Shown here piece after piece: positions 38,001-51,669 of a stretch of DNA of 64,000 bases. Made by a program: the position numbers and the translations under genes. Source of the stretch: Octopus sinensis (taxonomy: Eukaryota); contig NC_042999.1 of assembly GCF_006345805.1 (NCBI RefSeq), positions 95,418,001-95,482,000 on the forward strand, read 5' to 3'. Numbering within the stretch: position 1 is the first letter of the stretch; each line of letters opens with the position of its first letter. A model generated the notes under the pieces. The model made no database searches and was not told the DNA's origin. It saw only the letters and a list, made by a program, of their open reading frames with translations.

Positions 38001-40115
38001 CGAAAAAATCTTATTAGACAGGTTGATACAAACCTTGCACTTTCTATAAAATTAGACAGGCGGACACAAACCTTGCACATTCTATAAAATTACACAGGTG
38101 ATTATTTAATTATAAGTTCATCATAAATAAATATATATTTTAATTTTAACAATAACTGCCTGAATGTTAATGTATGGATTTATATATCCATTCCCAGCTT
38201 TACATGAATGGCAGTTTATGAAAGCTTATGTAAATATAAATGTATCACTCCATATGTGGACTGATACATTTATATTTACATAAGCATGTCTTGAAGCAAG
38301 AAAATTGTTGTTATATTAATACATTTCTGACATATCTTCATAAATATAATTTGATACACTGACACCTAATCATAGGTATATATGTGTGTATGTTTGTGTG
38401 CATGTGTACATTTTTAACTGGTACTTAAATTAGAAGTGGTGTATAAAAATTTAAGTATTAGTTAGGTTCTTCTTGGTACTGACTCTTAAAAATATAAATG
38501 CTTTTGTTTTTCCTCTACCCTTGTATGATTGCTTGGATTTTTTTATACATGCAAATTATATTTGAGTGTACACAGATTTTTATGCAGTGAATTTTAAAAT
38601 AATGTAATGGAAGGTAGTAAAATTCTCTACATAAATGCATTTTCATGATATGCACAACCACCTATATGATAAGCTCAACAAGGAAACACATGCAGATATC
38701 TTCATACTATCAAGCGTTACACAGACATAGAAACAAATACTCAGACTTATTCTGTCCAGTGTTTCCAGTAAAATCTCAATTATAAATATTATTTCTTTCC
38801 AGCTTTCATACATTATATTTCTTCTCTCATTTCTTCTCTGTTAAATCTATCCTTTCCTACTTGCTCTCCATTTTTTTCTCAGTCTAACTCTTTCTTCTCT
38901 GCATGGAGTGTTTTCTATTCCTCTAGTTGTAAGACTTTTGCTCATTTCAAATACATCAGCTCAATAAACATACTGTAAGTGTTATAATAACAAGTACCAA
39001 TAGTCCTCCAGCAAAATAACTAATATCTTCTTCTTTTCTATCTATCTTCATCACTTCCAGTGTTTCCCTTCTTCCTTCATTCTTTTTTCATATATTTATT
39101 GCTCTCTCTGTTTTCCAAAACTATAAACTACTGTTTGCATTATTTTTCTCTCTATATTTCTTCCTGTTTGAATCAGTTCTATATTCTCATCATATTCTTC
39201 TTTTATTCATTTTCTCCAACATACTTTCTCACCATCATTCATTCTACTATTTTATTCCCAACTACCTCTTTCTATCTTTTCTCACTTTCCATTAATCTCC
39301 CACTCCTTCTCTGCCTCATCATTAGAGTATTACCTAAATGAATTTAAAAGAGTTAACATTTCCAAATGAAGTGAATTTATTGAGAACTAGAATGAGATGA
39401 TAGTATATTATTGTAGAACATGAGAGAATTGAGTGGTAAGTCGGAAAATAGTATCACTACTGCTTAGACAACAGCGACAAGGACAACATCAAAAACAATA
39501 ACAGCAGCGGCAGCAGTAGCAGTTACAGCAGCAGTAGCATCAACAGCAGAGGCAGTGGAAGCAGTTTTGGTGGTGGCGGCAACAGCAGCAGCAACTGGGT
39601 TTTGTCGCAGAGGCATAATTGAGGTAAAAGAAAAAAGAAAAAGAGGAAAAGGAGAAGTGTAAGACAAGAAATAGAAACCATAAACCATGAAGTGGATACA
39701 CATTGATAAGAAATAGCCAGAAATGTCTGGGGGGGGATCTCTACAAAAAACATCTTTCCTACACCCCACCAAAAACAAAACAAAACAAAACAAAGCAAAA
39801 AGAAAACAAAATTAATATGAAAAATATTTTAAAATACACGTATTGTAAATCTATACCATTTTAAGTATATGTTAAGAATTAAAGAAAGTAAAATCCCTTC
39901 TTTGCTGTTGAAGTATCACCTACAAGGAATACCTTTTTTCCCAATTTCACTGTATAACTTGTTTTGCTTGCGTGGAGGAAGATTTGACAATTTACCATAG
40001 TACTACTAGCAGCATCAGAACTAGCAAGAGGCATTAAAGAGGAGGAAAAAAAAATAAAAAAACCCAACAATGTTGTACCTTTTGCCAATAAGTCCTGTTA
40101 GGTAAGTTAGGTGTA

Positions 40116-40156
<41 letters not shown>

Positions 40157-43100
40157 GTTATTATTATTATATCATCACTGTATGTTACTATTAATACTAA
40201 TACTATTAGTCTTCTCATTATTTCGGCTTGATTTAATTTATTGTAACCTTTCTCCAGAATGTGTAGTGGTTCTGTGCCTATCTTAGAAATTATTATTCTT
40301 TTCATCAGGGTTGATGAAAAAAGTACCAGTCAAATACAAGGGGTTGATGGTATCAACTAACTTCCTCCCCTCAAAATTTCTGGCCTTGTGCCTAAATTAG
40401 AAACCATTATTATTTCTCATATTATTATAATTACCATTTGCAGTCTTTTTTACTATTTATGTATTTTTTCAAATGAATAAATTCCTCGATGTAAATGCCA
40501 AATTTTTGGTGTCTTGGCATATTTTTTCAGTTTCAGTGTTCAACATGTGCTTGTTAACAAGTATTGTGCTTCATATATTCATATATTCCTGCATTCATAA
40601 GAATGTGTATATTTATAAGTATTCTATAGCATCTCCAAAAACTCTTTCAGCTTTCACCATTTATATATTCGTACTCAAATATGAACCAATGAGAGAATCT
40701 CTACGCAGTTGCTTTATCTGTAGCAAATAGTTAACAAATCTCCCTCAATTCACACCTACTGACATAAAAAAAAGGGTATATTAGAGAATGTAGTCTTGGA
40801 TACATTTTACTTGAAACCGGGGACAGATTGGTCAATTCTAGAATTCTATAGATCATAGGTTTGTTTATTCAGTTACTGATGACCTAGGGCTGAAGAATAT
40901 CAGTAGCAACATTCTCAAATACTTTGTTAAATGTATATTGGGAATAAATGCCTTTATTTATTGATACAACTATTTGCTAACTAGATATTATTTGGAAACA
41001 TTGATTTCTTATTAAAACTGATTGTTTATACATACTCAATGCTATATTTATCCTACTTATAATCTGCAATTCTTTATGAGTATAACTTTATGTAATTTAG
41101 CTGAACATGGTACCAACATTTTTATCAGTAATATAAAGTTGAAATAGATTTAAGGTATGTTATTTTGTATCAGCAGTATATTCTTTGTTGCAGTTAAAAT
41201 AATATACTATTTATATCGAAAGGTAAAAAAAATATCAGAGTGTGTGGGGTCAGGAATGGAGAAAAGTCATAACTCAAGATATATACCCGTACAGATGTAC
41301 TCTTCCCCTATGTGTATGCAAGTGTATATGTGTATGCACATTGAGAATGAATAATATTCATATCATTCACCTTGCAAATTCAAATATTTCAATTGATTTA
41401 GTATTTCTTAATTTCTAGTCATGTCTGTATGAAATTAAAAGGTAAATCTCATATCATGCCTTCCTATAGAGTTTTGTTACTATTATTATTAATTTTCTGA
41501 ACCAGTATTGAGTACATGTGAAATAAAATAAATTTTGTAGTTACTTGCAGAAAGACAACACTTGTTAGAATCACAGGATTGTAGCAGCGATTTTGGAATC
41601 AAAACTGATTCAAGTTAGTTTCAGAAAAATTCTACGTTTTTGAGTTAAAAACAAATATAACTAACAGATTGCAATCTATTTTGTAAAGCACTTTTGAAAT
41701 ACTCTTTCATGGTACATAAACAACTTAAAATGTATAACTAAACAAGCAAAAAAAAGTCATTAGTAAATGCATATGTACCTGTGTGTATGTGTGTGTGTGT
41801 GTGCATGTATATGTATGTATGTCTTCATGTATTGTTAATTTTTCATTTACTTATACATTTATATTCCTTACATACTATAGGTATAAATATTTTTAACTCA
41901 GAAGGATGCACAAATACATGCCTGTGTCTGTGTGAGTACACACAGTAGTACATGTACTCATTGCATGCATACCTGCATGTGTTTATATGCATATATATAT
42001 ATATATACATATATATACACACATACAAAGATGGATTTGCATCTATGTGGATGGGATGTAAGAATTCATGAAAAAAAGACATAATATAAATACATATATG
42101 TATTTATATTAGAAACATATATGTTATGATATGTGTATGTGAATGTATTTATAAATATATTGATATTCATACCTATGAGTGTGCATGAGTATTTATATAT
42201 ATATGTATATATATATATACATGTTTGTATGTATATTAAATACATACATGGTTCAAAATGAAAGAAAAGACAGTTACAGGTAAGGGAAAATAAACCCGGT
42301 GTATTAGCTTGGCACTCAGGGAAAATGAGAGAAGTCTTTGACATGTTGAACCTACGGTCTTCTATGTAAAGGAATGATGGGAGAAAACAGATAGAGAGAG
42401 GATATATGTATATAGATACACGCACACCTATGGTCTCCTATACAAAGGAATGAAAAGAGAAAACAGATAGAGAGAGGATATATATGTATATACATGCAGA
42501 CACACACAAATATGTATCTGTGTGTATGAAGTGTGAAAGTGTATTTCATGTGACATAATATGTATGTGCAATCTTGATTTGCCATAGGTACATATTGAAT
42601 TGTGAGGAGATTGATTACTATTTAGGGCAGTCAACTCATAAATAGTTACTGCAAGTGTTCTCGCAAATTTCTGTAGACCTATCTAAGGCAAAACATTTGG
42701 TGTTTTTAGTAACATATTGCAAATATATATATATATATACACACACGTTAATATATATAAATATATAAATATAATTATAGTGAAGAGTGCTGATAAGCAA
42801 CACCAACACGCTAGACATAGGTGCCAAATGATGCTAAAAACAAAATGCTGGGTGTCTATCTCTAGCGTGTTGGTTTGTTTATCAGTGCCCTTCATTTTAA
42901 TTATATATTAGTGATAATTATTACCTAAATAGTTTTTTATAACATGCTGCCCACTTCATAAAATCTTCATAATGATTTTATCCTTAATCATGCACATATA
43001 TATATATACACACACACATATATATACCTATATATGTATGTTTGTATTTATGTATATATATATATGCATGTATATGTATATATATATATGTGTACTTATA

Positions 43101-43290
43101 TATATGTATGTATGTATGTAAATACATATATATATATATATCATCATCATCATCATTTAAAGTCCATTTTCCATGCTGGCATGGGTTGGACGGTTCGACT
43201 GGGGTCTGGGAAGCCATGAGGCTATGTGTATATACATATATATATATATGTGTGTGTATGTATATATACGTATATTATGTATGTATATAT

Positions 43291-43322
<32 letters not shown>

Positions 43323-43440
43323 GGCATGTATATAGACATATGTATATATATTTATATATATAAATGTAAATATATGTATATGTATGCATATGTGTATATA
43401 TGTATACATAGGCATATGTGTATATATATATATACATGTA

Positions 43441-44005
43441 TTGGGTTGTCGGAAAATTCGTGCTGATTTTTAAAGGAAAGAAAAAGGTCAATAAATACTT
43501 GCCATTATATTTTTAATTAACCAAATATGAACCATTTTGTTGCACAGTGTGTCTCCATCTTTCCTTTAACTTTAAGATACCCTCTTCCCAGAATTGAGGT
43601 GGTTTCATGGCAAAGAATTCATCAAGGTATCTTTTTACGTCATCCAAGGAATTGAAATTTTTACCATGAAGAATATTCTGCAGAGAGCTGAGTAGGTGGA
43701 AATCTGAAGGAGCAATATCTGGTGAATATGGAGGGTGGGGTAACACATCCCAGGCGAGCTGCAGCACCTTTTCTCTGGTTCCCAAAGCATTAAGTGCTGA
43801 AAATGAACTTTCTTATCTTCCAATTTAAAGGGTTGCAGAATTAACACAGGTTATAAGAACATAAACCTTCTTCCACGAAAAGATAGCTTAAACTGTACTC
43901 TAAATGGAGGTGTAGTCAAATTCTATTATATGGACTCAACCATGTTCTAAAATAAGTTGAAAGATAGGCTACTATAAATCGGCACAAACTTTCCAAGCAA
44001 CCCAA
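43441..44005 (-). mobile_element. Internally deleted mariner with both TIRs, inserted in (TA)n
   Basis: TIRs ttgggttgtcggaaaattcgtgctgattt / aaatcggcacaaactttccaagcaacccaa. ORF 43513-43785 carries WDVLPHPPYSPDIAPSDFHL. Confidence 0.95.
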
Positions 44006-44015
44006 TATATATATT

Positions 44016-44050
<35 letters not shown>

Positions 44051-44107
44051 GCATATGTAAATATATGTGTGTGTATATATATATAAATACATGTATAAAT
44101 ATACATA

Positions 44108-44147
<40 letters not shown>

Positions 44148-44149
44148 GG

Positions 44150-44184
<35 letters not shown>

Positions 44185-44284
44185 CACATATGGTATATAT
44201 ATATATATTATATATATAATATATATGATTATGTATATACACATATAGGTATGTATATAACATATATATATATATACATATATA

Positions 44285-44315
<31 letters not shown>

Positions 44316-44490
44316 CATTTATACCTATATATATATATTTATACATATATATACTTATATATATATGTATATAGTTAGGTACAAAAATTCAGGGTGAATA
44401 CTTGATAACTGTAAGCACCTGTATATGCCAGTTAGTGGTGTAGGTGATAGGGTATATTTATCAAAAGAAAAACGGGATGCAAAGGATTTA

Positions 44491-44578
44491 GTGGTACATA
44501 TGTTTCTGGCTTTATTGGACAGTTTATATCAATGCATAATTGATGTAGCATGTATGTCAATAGCCTTCCTCAGCCGTG
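44491..44578 (-). ncRNA. Type I hammerhead ribozyme motif (Penelope-type)
   Basis: acGG-CTGAGGA-a-GGCTATTG..CAATaaAGCC-a-GAAA-CATATG-TA-CCac. Intact core and palindromic stem III; stem I eroded. Confidence 0.65.
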
Positions 44579-44622
44579 CACAATTACCACACCAAAGACT
44601 TGTATTACATTATAAGTATACA

Positions 44623-44656
<34 letters not shown>

Positions 44657-44754
44657 GCATATATTTAAATTAAATTAGAGATAAAACCTCTATTAGGCAA
44701 ATCAAACTGAATATATTTTTATATATATATATGTATATGTATACTTTTTTTTTC

Positions 44755-44950
44755 CTTTACTCGTTTCAGTCGTTTGATTGCAGCCAAGCTGGAGCATTGC
44801 TTTTTGTTGAGCAAATTAGCCCCTGGACTTATATTTTGTAAGCCTAATGCTTATTGTATTGGCCTCTTTTGCCGTACCACTAAGTTATGGGAATGTAAAT
44901 GCACCAGCATTGGTTGTCAAGCGGTGATGGGGTGACAAACATAGACACCA
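44755..44950 (-). mobile_element. SINE 3' half (family of 57525), diverged
   Basis: tttactcgtttcagtcgtttga..gcaccagcattggttgtcaagc..gacaaaca. Confidence 0.75.
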
Positions 44951-45326
44951 GACTCCAATCTGATTTCCCATGATTTCTACAGCTGAATGTCAACCACTCT
45001 GACAGTGTAATGGATGCTTTTACATTCCACCAGCACAGGTGCCATTTGCATGACACCGGTATCTGGCATCACTGAAATTACTTGGCTTGATGAGTTTTTT
45101 TCTCAAGCATGACATAATCCCAAAGACCACACAGTGATTGCCTTCCTGAGAATCAACACTCCAATGGAGCATTTCAAGTGCAAATGGCATCAGTCACTTT
45201 GCCTCTGTGAGGCCCAATGCTCAAAAGGTTCTTCGTATGTGCTATCAGCACAAGTGCCAGTTACGTGGCACCTTTATCACAACTGTGATTTTACTGCTAT
45301 ATATTTATACATATATATATAATGTA

Positions 45327-45399
<73 letters not shown>

Positions 45400-45810
45400 A
45401 TGTATGCCGATATATATATATATATTGGTATGTGTATATGTGTATGCACGTATATGTATATATGTGTGTTTGTGTGTGTGTTTTAGGGGGGAGGTGCCCT
45501 TGTGATTTTTTTGCTTGTCCCCAATTGTTTGGCTAAAAATTCTTCAACTTGCTGCACCAGTATGGCCACAAACTGACTAAAATAATAAGGGATAAAAGAT
45601 ATGTGGGTCATTCGATATTATAGCTGTTCATATGTACGTATATGTGTGTGTGTGTGTGTGTATATATAACTGGAAATGCGTGTATGCATAAATATACATG
45701 TATACACACGTTTGCACAGATATATCTAATAAATTATATATATTCTTATGTGTGTGTGTAACCACATTTTTTGCCTCCATCTTCCTTTTCTATTGGAAGA
45801 GTATGTATAT

Positions 45811-45863
<53 letters not shown>

Positions 45864-45871
45864 ATATATAT

Positions 45872-46437
45872 ATGGTGGCAAAGCACGACCTTCGAATGTT
45901 GGGCCTCACAAAGGCAATGACAAAAGACCGAGACCTCTGGAGATATGCTTTGACTGAGAAGACCCGGCAAATAAAGTGAGTTCACAGCTGTAACCTTCAC
46001 CAGTGTCACATAACCAGCCCACTCAAACATACCTTGGATCATAAGGTGTCTTGCCATGTTTGAGGAGACCTATTAAGTCAAGCACCTCAAAACCAAAATC
46101 AAATGGAATTTGTAGTTGTGATCCCCATGCCAGTGGCATGTAAAAAGCACTATCTGTATGTGGCCAATGTCAGCGCCACCTTGACTGGCTTCTGTGCTGG
46201 TGGCATGTAAAAGGCACCAACTGATTGTGTCATTGCCAGCCCCTCTGGCTCCTGTGCAGGTAGAACGTAAAATGCACCCACTATGCTCTTGGAGCAGATG
46301 GCGTTATGAAGAGCATGCAGCTGTAGAAACACTGCCAGGTTAGACTAGACCCTAGTGCAGCCTCCTGGCTTCCCAGACCCCAGTCGAACCACCCAACCCA
46401 TGCAAGCATGGAAAACGGACGTTAAACGATGATGATA
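45872..46437 (+). mobile_element. RTE 3' end (ORF tail, UTR and (GAT)n)
   Basis: VAKHDLRMLGLTKAMTKDRDLWRYALTEKTRQIK* .. ggacgttaaacgatgatgat, embedded in (TA)n. Confidence 0.9.
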
Positions 46438-46479
46438 TACATATATGTATATATACATATATATATGTATTTATACATA

Positions 46480-46520
<41 letters not shown>

Positions 46521-47090
46521 GGATTAATCTTCTCTCTTCTATGCCAACTCGCCTCCCCTTTTCATCTAACCTCCTCCCTGACTCCTACTTCTCTTCATTC
46601 CTACATCTTTTCACCCCTACTCTCTTTCCCTCTTCCTCCCTTACTCTCTTTCTTCTCTCTTTCTCTGTGCTCCCTCACTCTCCTTCTCTCCTCTTTCCCC
46701 CCTCCCTCCCTCCTTCCCACCAAACTCTCCTCCCTTGCCCCTACTCCTACTTCTCTTCACTGCTACTTCTCTTCACCACTACTCTCTTACCCTCTTCTCT
46801 CTTTCTCTCTTCTCTCCTACTCTCTTTCTCTCCCCTCCTTCCCTCTTCCCTCTTACTCTCGACTCTCTTCTCTCTTACTCACTTTCTCTCTCTTCTCTTA
46901 TTCTCTTTCTCTCTTCTCTCTCTCCTCACATACCCACCTTCCCCTCCCCCATAAACCCACCTACCCCTACTCCACCTTCCCATACCCCCATCCTATCCCA
47001 TATCCCTCCTCCACATACCCCACCTCTAACCCTATTCTCTGCCTACCCACAAACCCAAACTCTACCCCAACCCCCAGCCGAACCCACCTC

Positions 47091-47190
47091 NNNNNNNNNN
47101 NNNNNNNNNNNNNNNNNNNNNNNNNNNNNNNNNNNNNNNNNNNNNNNNNNNNNNNNNNNNNNNNNNNNNNNNNNNNNNNNNNNNNNNNNN
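47091..47190. other. Assembly gap (100 N)
   Basis: Run of n, preceded by about 570 bp of irregular C/T-rich low-complexity sequence. Confidence 1.
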
Positions 47191-47998
47191 GTCATGTACT
47201 ACAGATGGATGAGGTGAGATGTGTGAAGAAGTGCCATTCCCAAACTGTTGAAAGAATCCAGGGTAGAGGTAGACCCAGGAAGACATGGGACTTGGTGGTC
47301 AAGCATGACCTTCGTACATTGAGCCTCACAGAGGCTATGACAAAAGACCGAGACCTCTGGAGATATGCTGTGGATTAGACCACCCAACAAATGAAGTGAG
47401 TTCATGGCTTGCAGGACGGCCTTCTCTGCTTGAGGAGACCTATTGTGTCAAGTTCATCAATATCAAAATGAAAAGCATATGGATATTGTAGTTGTGATAC
47501 TCATGCAGGTGGCACGTAGGGCCTCACATAGGAAATGATGAAGCCCGAGACCTCTGAGATATGCTCTGACTGTGAAGACTCGACAAATGAAGTGAGTTCA
47601 TGGCTCGCAGGATGGCCTGCTGTGCTAAACTTGGATCGTAGAGTGACACACTGTTCTGGAGGAGACCTATTGAGTCAACTACATCAACACCAACGTCAAA
47701 ATAAAAATCAAATGGAAATTGTAGTTAAGATACCCGTGCCAGTGACACGTAAAAACACCGTCTGAATGTGGCAGATGCCAGCACTGCCTGACTGGTGTCT
47801 GTGTCAGTGACACGTAAAAGCACCAACCGATCATGACCATTTGCCAGCCTGCTCTGGCCCCTGTGCCAGTGGCATATAAAAAGCACCCACAACACTCATG
47901 GAGTCATTGGCATTAGGAAGGGCATCCAGCTGTAGAAACAGTCATATAAGACTGCAGCCTGGTGCAGCCCCCTGGGACGTTAAACGATGATGATGATG
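47191..47998 (+). mobile_element. RTE 3' end with partial internal duplication
   Basis: GRGRPRKTWD..KHDLRTL..DRDLWRYAV. gaaatga..cgagacctctg..aaatgaagtgagttcatggct is repeated; ends in gatgatgat. Confidence 0.85.
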
Positions 47999-48018
47999 CG
48001 TGTATATATATATGTTTG

Positions 48019-48071
<53 letters not shown>

Positions 48072-48075
48072 TATA

Positions 48076-48193
48076 TACTCTTTTACTCTTTTACTTGTTT
48101 CAGTCATTTGACTGCGGCCATGCTGGAGCACCGCCTTTTAGTCGAGCAATGCTAGGGAGACAAACACAGACACACAAACATACACACACACAC

Positions 48194-48237
<44 letters not shown>

Positions 48238-48397
48238 GACGGCTTGTTTCAGTTTCCGTCTACCAAATCCACTCACAAGGCTTTGGTCTGCTCGAGGCTA
48301 TAGTAGAAGACACTTGCCCAAATGCCGCGCAGTGGGACTGAACCCGGAACCATGTGGTTGGTAAGCAAGCTACTTACCACACAGCCACTCCTGCGCC
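48076..48397 (-). mobile_element. tRNA-derived SINE with internal microsatellite and (GAGTAAAA)n tail
   Basis: Head ggcgcaggagtggctgtgtggtaag..gggttcagtccc; near-identical to 57525-57905. Confidence 0.9.
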
Positions 48398-48422
48398 TAT
48401 AAAGATCAGACCAGCCATCGGA

Positions 48423-48495
48423 TGCCGAAACCCGGGATTGAACCAGGGCCCTTTAGATCTTCAGTCTAACGCTTTCCCAACTGAGCTATTTTGGC
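48423..48495 (-). tRNA. tRNA-Phe(GAA), probably a pseudogene
   Basis: GCCAAAATAGCTCAGTTGGGAAAGCGTTAGACTGAAGATCTAAAGGGCCCTGGTTCAATCCCGGGTTTCGGCA, 73 nt. Differs at 4 positions from the canonical metazoan tRNA-Phe as recalled, giving mismatches in the acceptor and D stems. No T4 terminator downstream. Confidence 0.9.
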
Positions 48496-48503
48496 TCATA
48501 TAT

Positions 48504-48562
<59 letters not shown>

Positions 48563-48747
48563 ATATAATATATATATGTATATATATATATATATATATA
48601 TAAACACACACATATATATATATATATATATATCTATATATATATATATACATATATATATGCATACTTATATACATATATATATGTGCATGTATATCTA
48701 TATATAAATTTATATAAGTATGTATATATATTTATATATATATAATG

Positions 48748-48792
<45 letters not shown>

Positions 48793-48799
48793 ATATATA

Positions 48800-48835
<36 letters not shown>

Positions 48836-49220
48836 GTGAGAATTTGGAAAAAAGACAATAGACGAAGACTGGTGTGTAAATAACAAACCGATGTATTATT
48901 TTAATGCTCGGGAAGTGAGGAAGTGTTTTACATTTCGAGCCTACGCTCTTCAACAGAATGGGACACAGAAATAAACAATGAGAAAAAGTAAAAAAGGTTT
49001 AGTTGCTTGCGATCTAATATATGTATATGTATATATATATAAATACATCATCATCATCCATTTTCCATATATATACATATATATAAATATATATATAAAT
49101 ACACATATATATATATGTATACACCTATATGTATATGTATATATGTATAACTTAGAAAGTATAACTTATATATATATATATATATGTATATGTATGTATA
49201 TATATATATATAAATATGTG

Positions 49221-49261
<41 letters not shown>

Positions 49262-49266
49262 GTATG

Positions 49267-49308
<42 letters not shown>

Positions 49309-49464
49309 ATATATATATGTATGTATATATATATGTATATATATATTATGTATATATATATATATATATATATAAATATGTGTATATGTATATATACATA
49401 TATATATGTATGCATATATATATATATTATTTATATATAACATTTATATGTATGCATATGTATG

Positions 49465-49498
<34 letters not shown>

Positions 49499-49881
49499 AC
49501 ATTTATATGTATGCATATGTATGTTATATATATATATATATATATATATTATTTATATATATACATTTATATGTATGCATATGTATGTATTATATATATA
49601 TGTATATATATCTATATAATAATATATATATATATATATATAATATGTGTATATGTATATATACATATATATATATATACATTTATATGTATGCATATGT
49701 ATGTATTATATATATATATATATATAATATATATATACATTTATATGTATGCATATATATGTATGCATATATATATATATATTTATATATATACATTTAT
49801 ATGTATGCATATATATGTATACATATATATGCACATATATATATGTGTGTGTGTGTATATCTATATCTCTATATACATACA

Positions 49882-49950
<69 letters not shown>
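48496..49950. repeat. Compound (TA)n/(TATG)n/(CATA)n microsatellite block, interrupted at 48836-49015
   Basis: Direct inspection; source of the YIYI-type spurious ORFs. Confidence 0.95.
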
Positions 49951-49952
<2 letters not shown>

Positions 49953-51186
49953 GTTCACATATGTGCATATTTGTAGACACAATGATATTGATATTGATAT
50001 GTAGTAGTTTACTGTGTTAATATGAATGTTGTTAAGTGTCTGCAGAATATGAAATTTGTAGAAAACTATCAAAATTTCATTGATAGTGCCTGCTGTGTCA
50101 TTTGTTATAGCAGTAAATTTAAAATTCTACTCCTGCCATACATATCCTGGAAATATTGTTAGTGCTACAACAGTTTGGCGTTCAGTATTCAATATTAGTC
50201 ATATGTTATGTGCCTGTTACATATCAGTTGTTGCAGTCATTTTCTTTACCTTTTCCTGAAAAGGAACAATGTAATTATTTTCGTTATATTTTGTTCTATT
50301 TTTCTCTTTTCCTATTTAAATTGATTATTCTTTCCTCTTTGCACTTATCTCTCACTTTTCTTTCACATGCTTCGTATACCTCTAACTTCGACTCATTTGC
50401 TTTATACATAACATATAGGTAGTTTTCTTTTACTGTCCATATATCTATGTATATATTACTGTTAATTTAGAAGCAAATTTAATTGAAATGTTGAGTACAT
50501 TTTGTGTAGTTCAACAAACGTATTACTATTACCATTTGTCTGTCAAAATTTGTATTAACCTAAGTAACTATTGACCAGTACAGCTGCAAAATATATGTAG
50601 CACGCAATAAATGACTATGTGACATCTAAAATATGTAAATTATTATTCAGATAATATTTATTACTTCTTCCTTAAATTCTGAGCTACTTACTACTGTATC
50701 AAATTAAGATCTATTTAATTCTGGTATTCCTGTATACTCTTTGTAGCTTGCCTTTGCTAATTTAAAAAAAAATCTTTATCATTTATTCTTACTCTTTATT
50801 TTTTTAAATATCTTATCGTTTTATATCAGCTTATGTAGGAAACCATTCTCTAATACAGTTTCTTCCTCTGTTATTTGAAATTGTTACTTTAAACAACAAT
50901 ATTTGAGGGTTTTCAATTCAACAGCTTTGTTTTCTTCATTTTCATTTTCTTTTATCAATCTTACTTATATCACTAGTATTATTTGCATAAATATCTCAAC
51001 TAATCAAACCAAAGATCACTGTTAATTACATCTTTGAAAATTTCTCCGTGGTATTGTTTCTGAACTAATTTTTTACCTTCACTTTGAATTTATAATTTTT
51101 AAGTAAAGTACATTGCTTAGTCAGATTTTTCTAAAGACATATGTGTGCATACACATATATGTATGCTTGTATATGTGTGTGTATAA

Positions 51187-51225
<39 letters not shown>

Positions 51226-51438
51226 TTAGAAATATGTGTGTGTGTATACATATATACATATATTTGTATATAATATATATATATGTATGTATGTATGTAT
51301 ATATCAAATATATGTTATATATATTGTATATATGTTGAAATTGTACATATTATACAATATGCATTATATAAATATATATCATATATCCTATATAATGTGT
51401 GTGTATATATAAGGGATATAATATGTATGTATATATGT

Positions 51439-51477
<39 letters not shown>

Positions 51478-51638
51478 CTGTCTATATATATGTATATATG
51501 TGCACACACACAAACACACATACGTATATACACTCATACACATCTTTATGATAGTGGACGTATCTCGAACTTAATGTCTCCATTTGCTAGTACCATATCC
51601 TTATTTCAGACATCAGTCAATGAGGGAACAGGTCCTGT

Positions 51639-51669
<31 letters not shown>

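Noticed and set aside
39464-39798. Ala/Thr- or Ser/Gly-rich ORFs
   Set aside because: Degenerate (GCA)n low-complexity tract.
46520-47090. Pyrimidine-rich tract and its Leu/Ser/Pro ORFs (possible triplex or G4 DNA)
   Set aside because: Irregular low-complexity sequence abutting an assembly gap; may be poor-quality read end.
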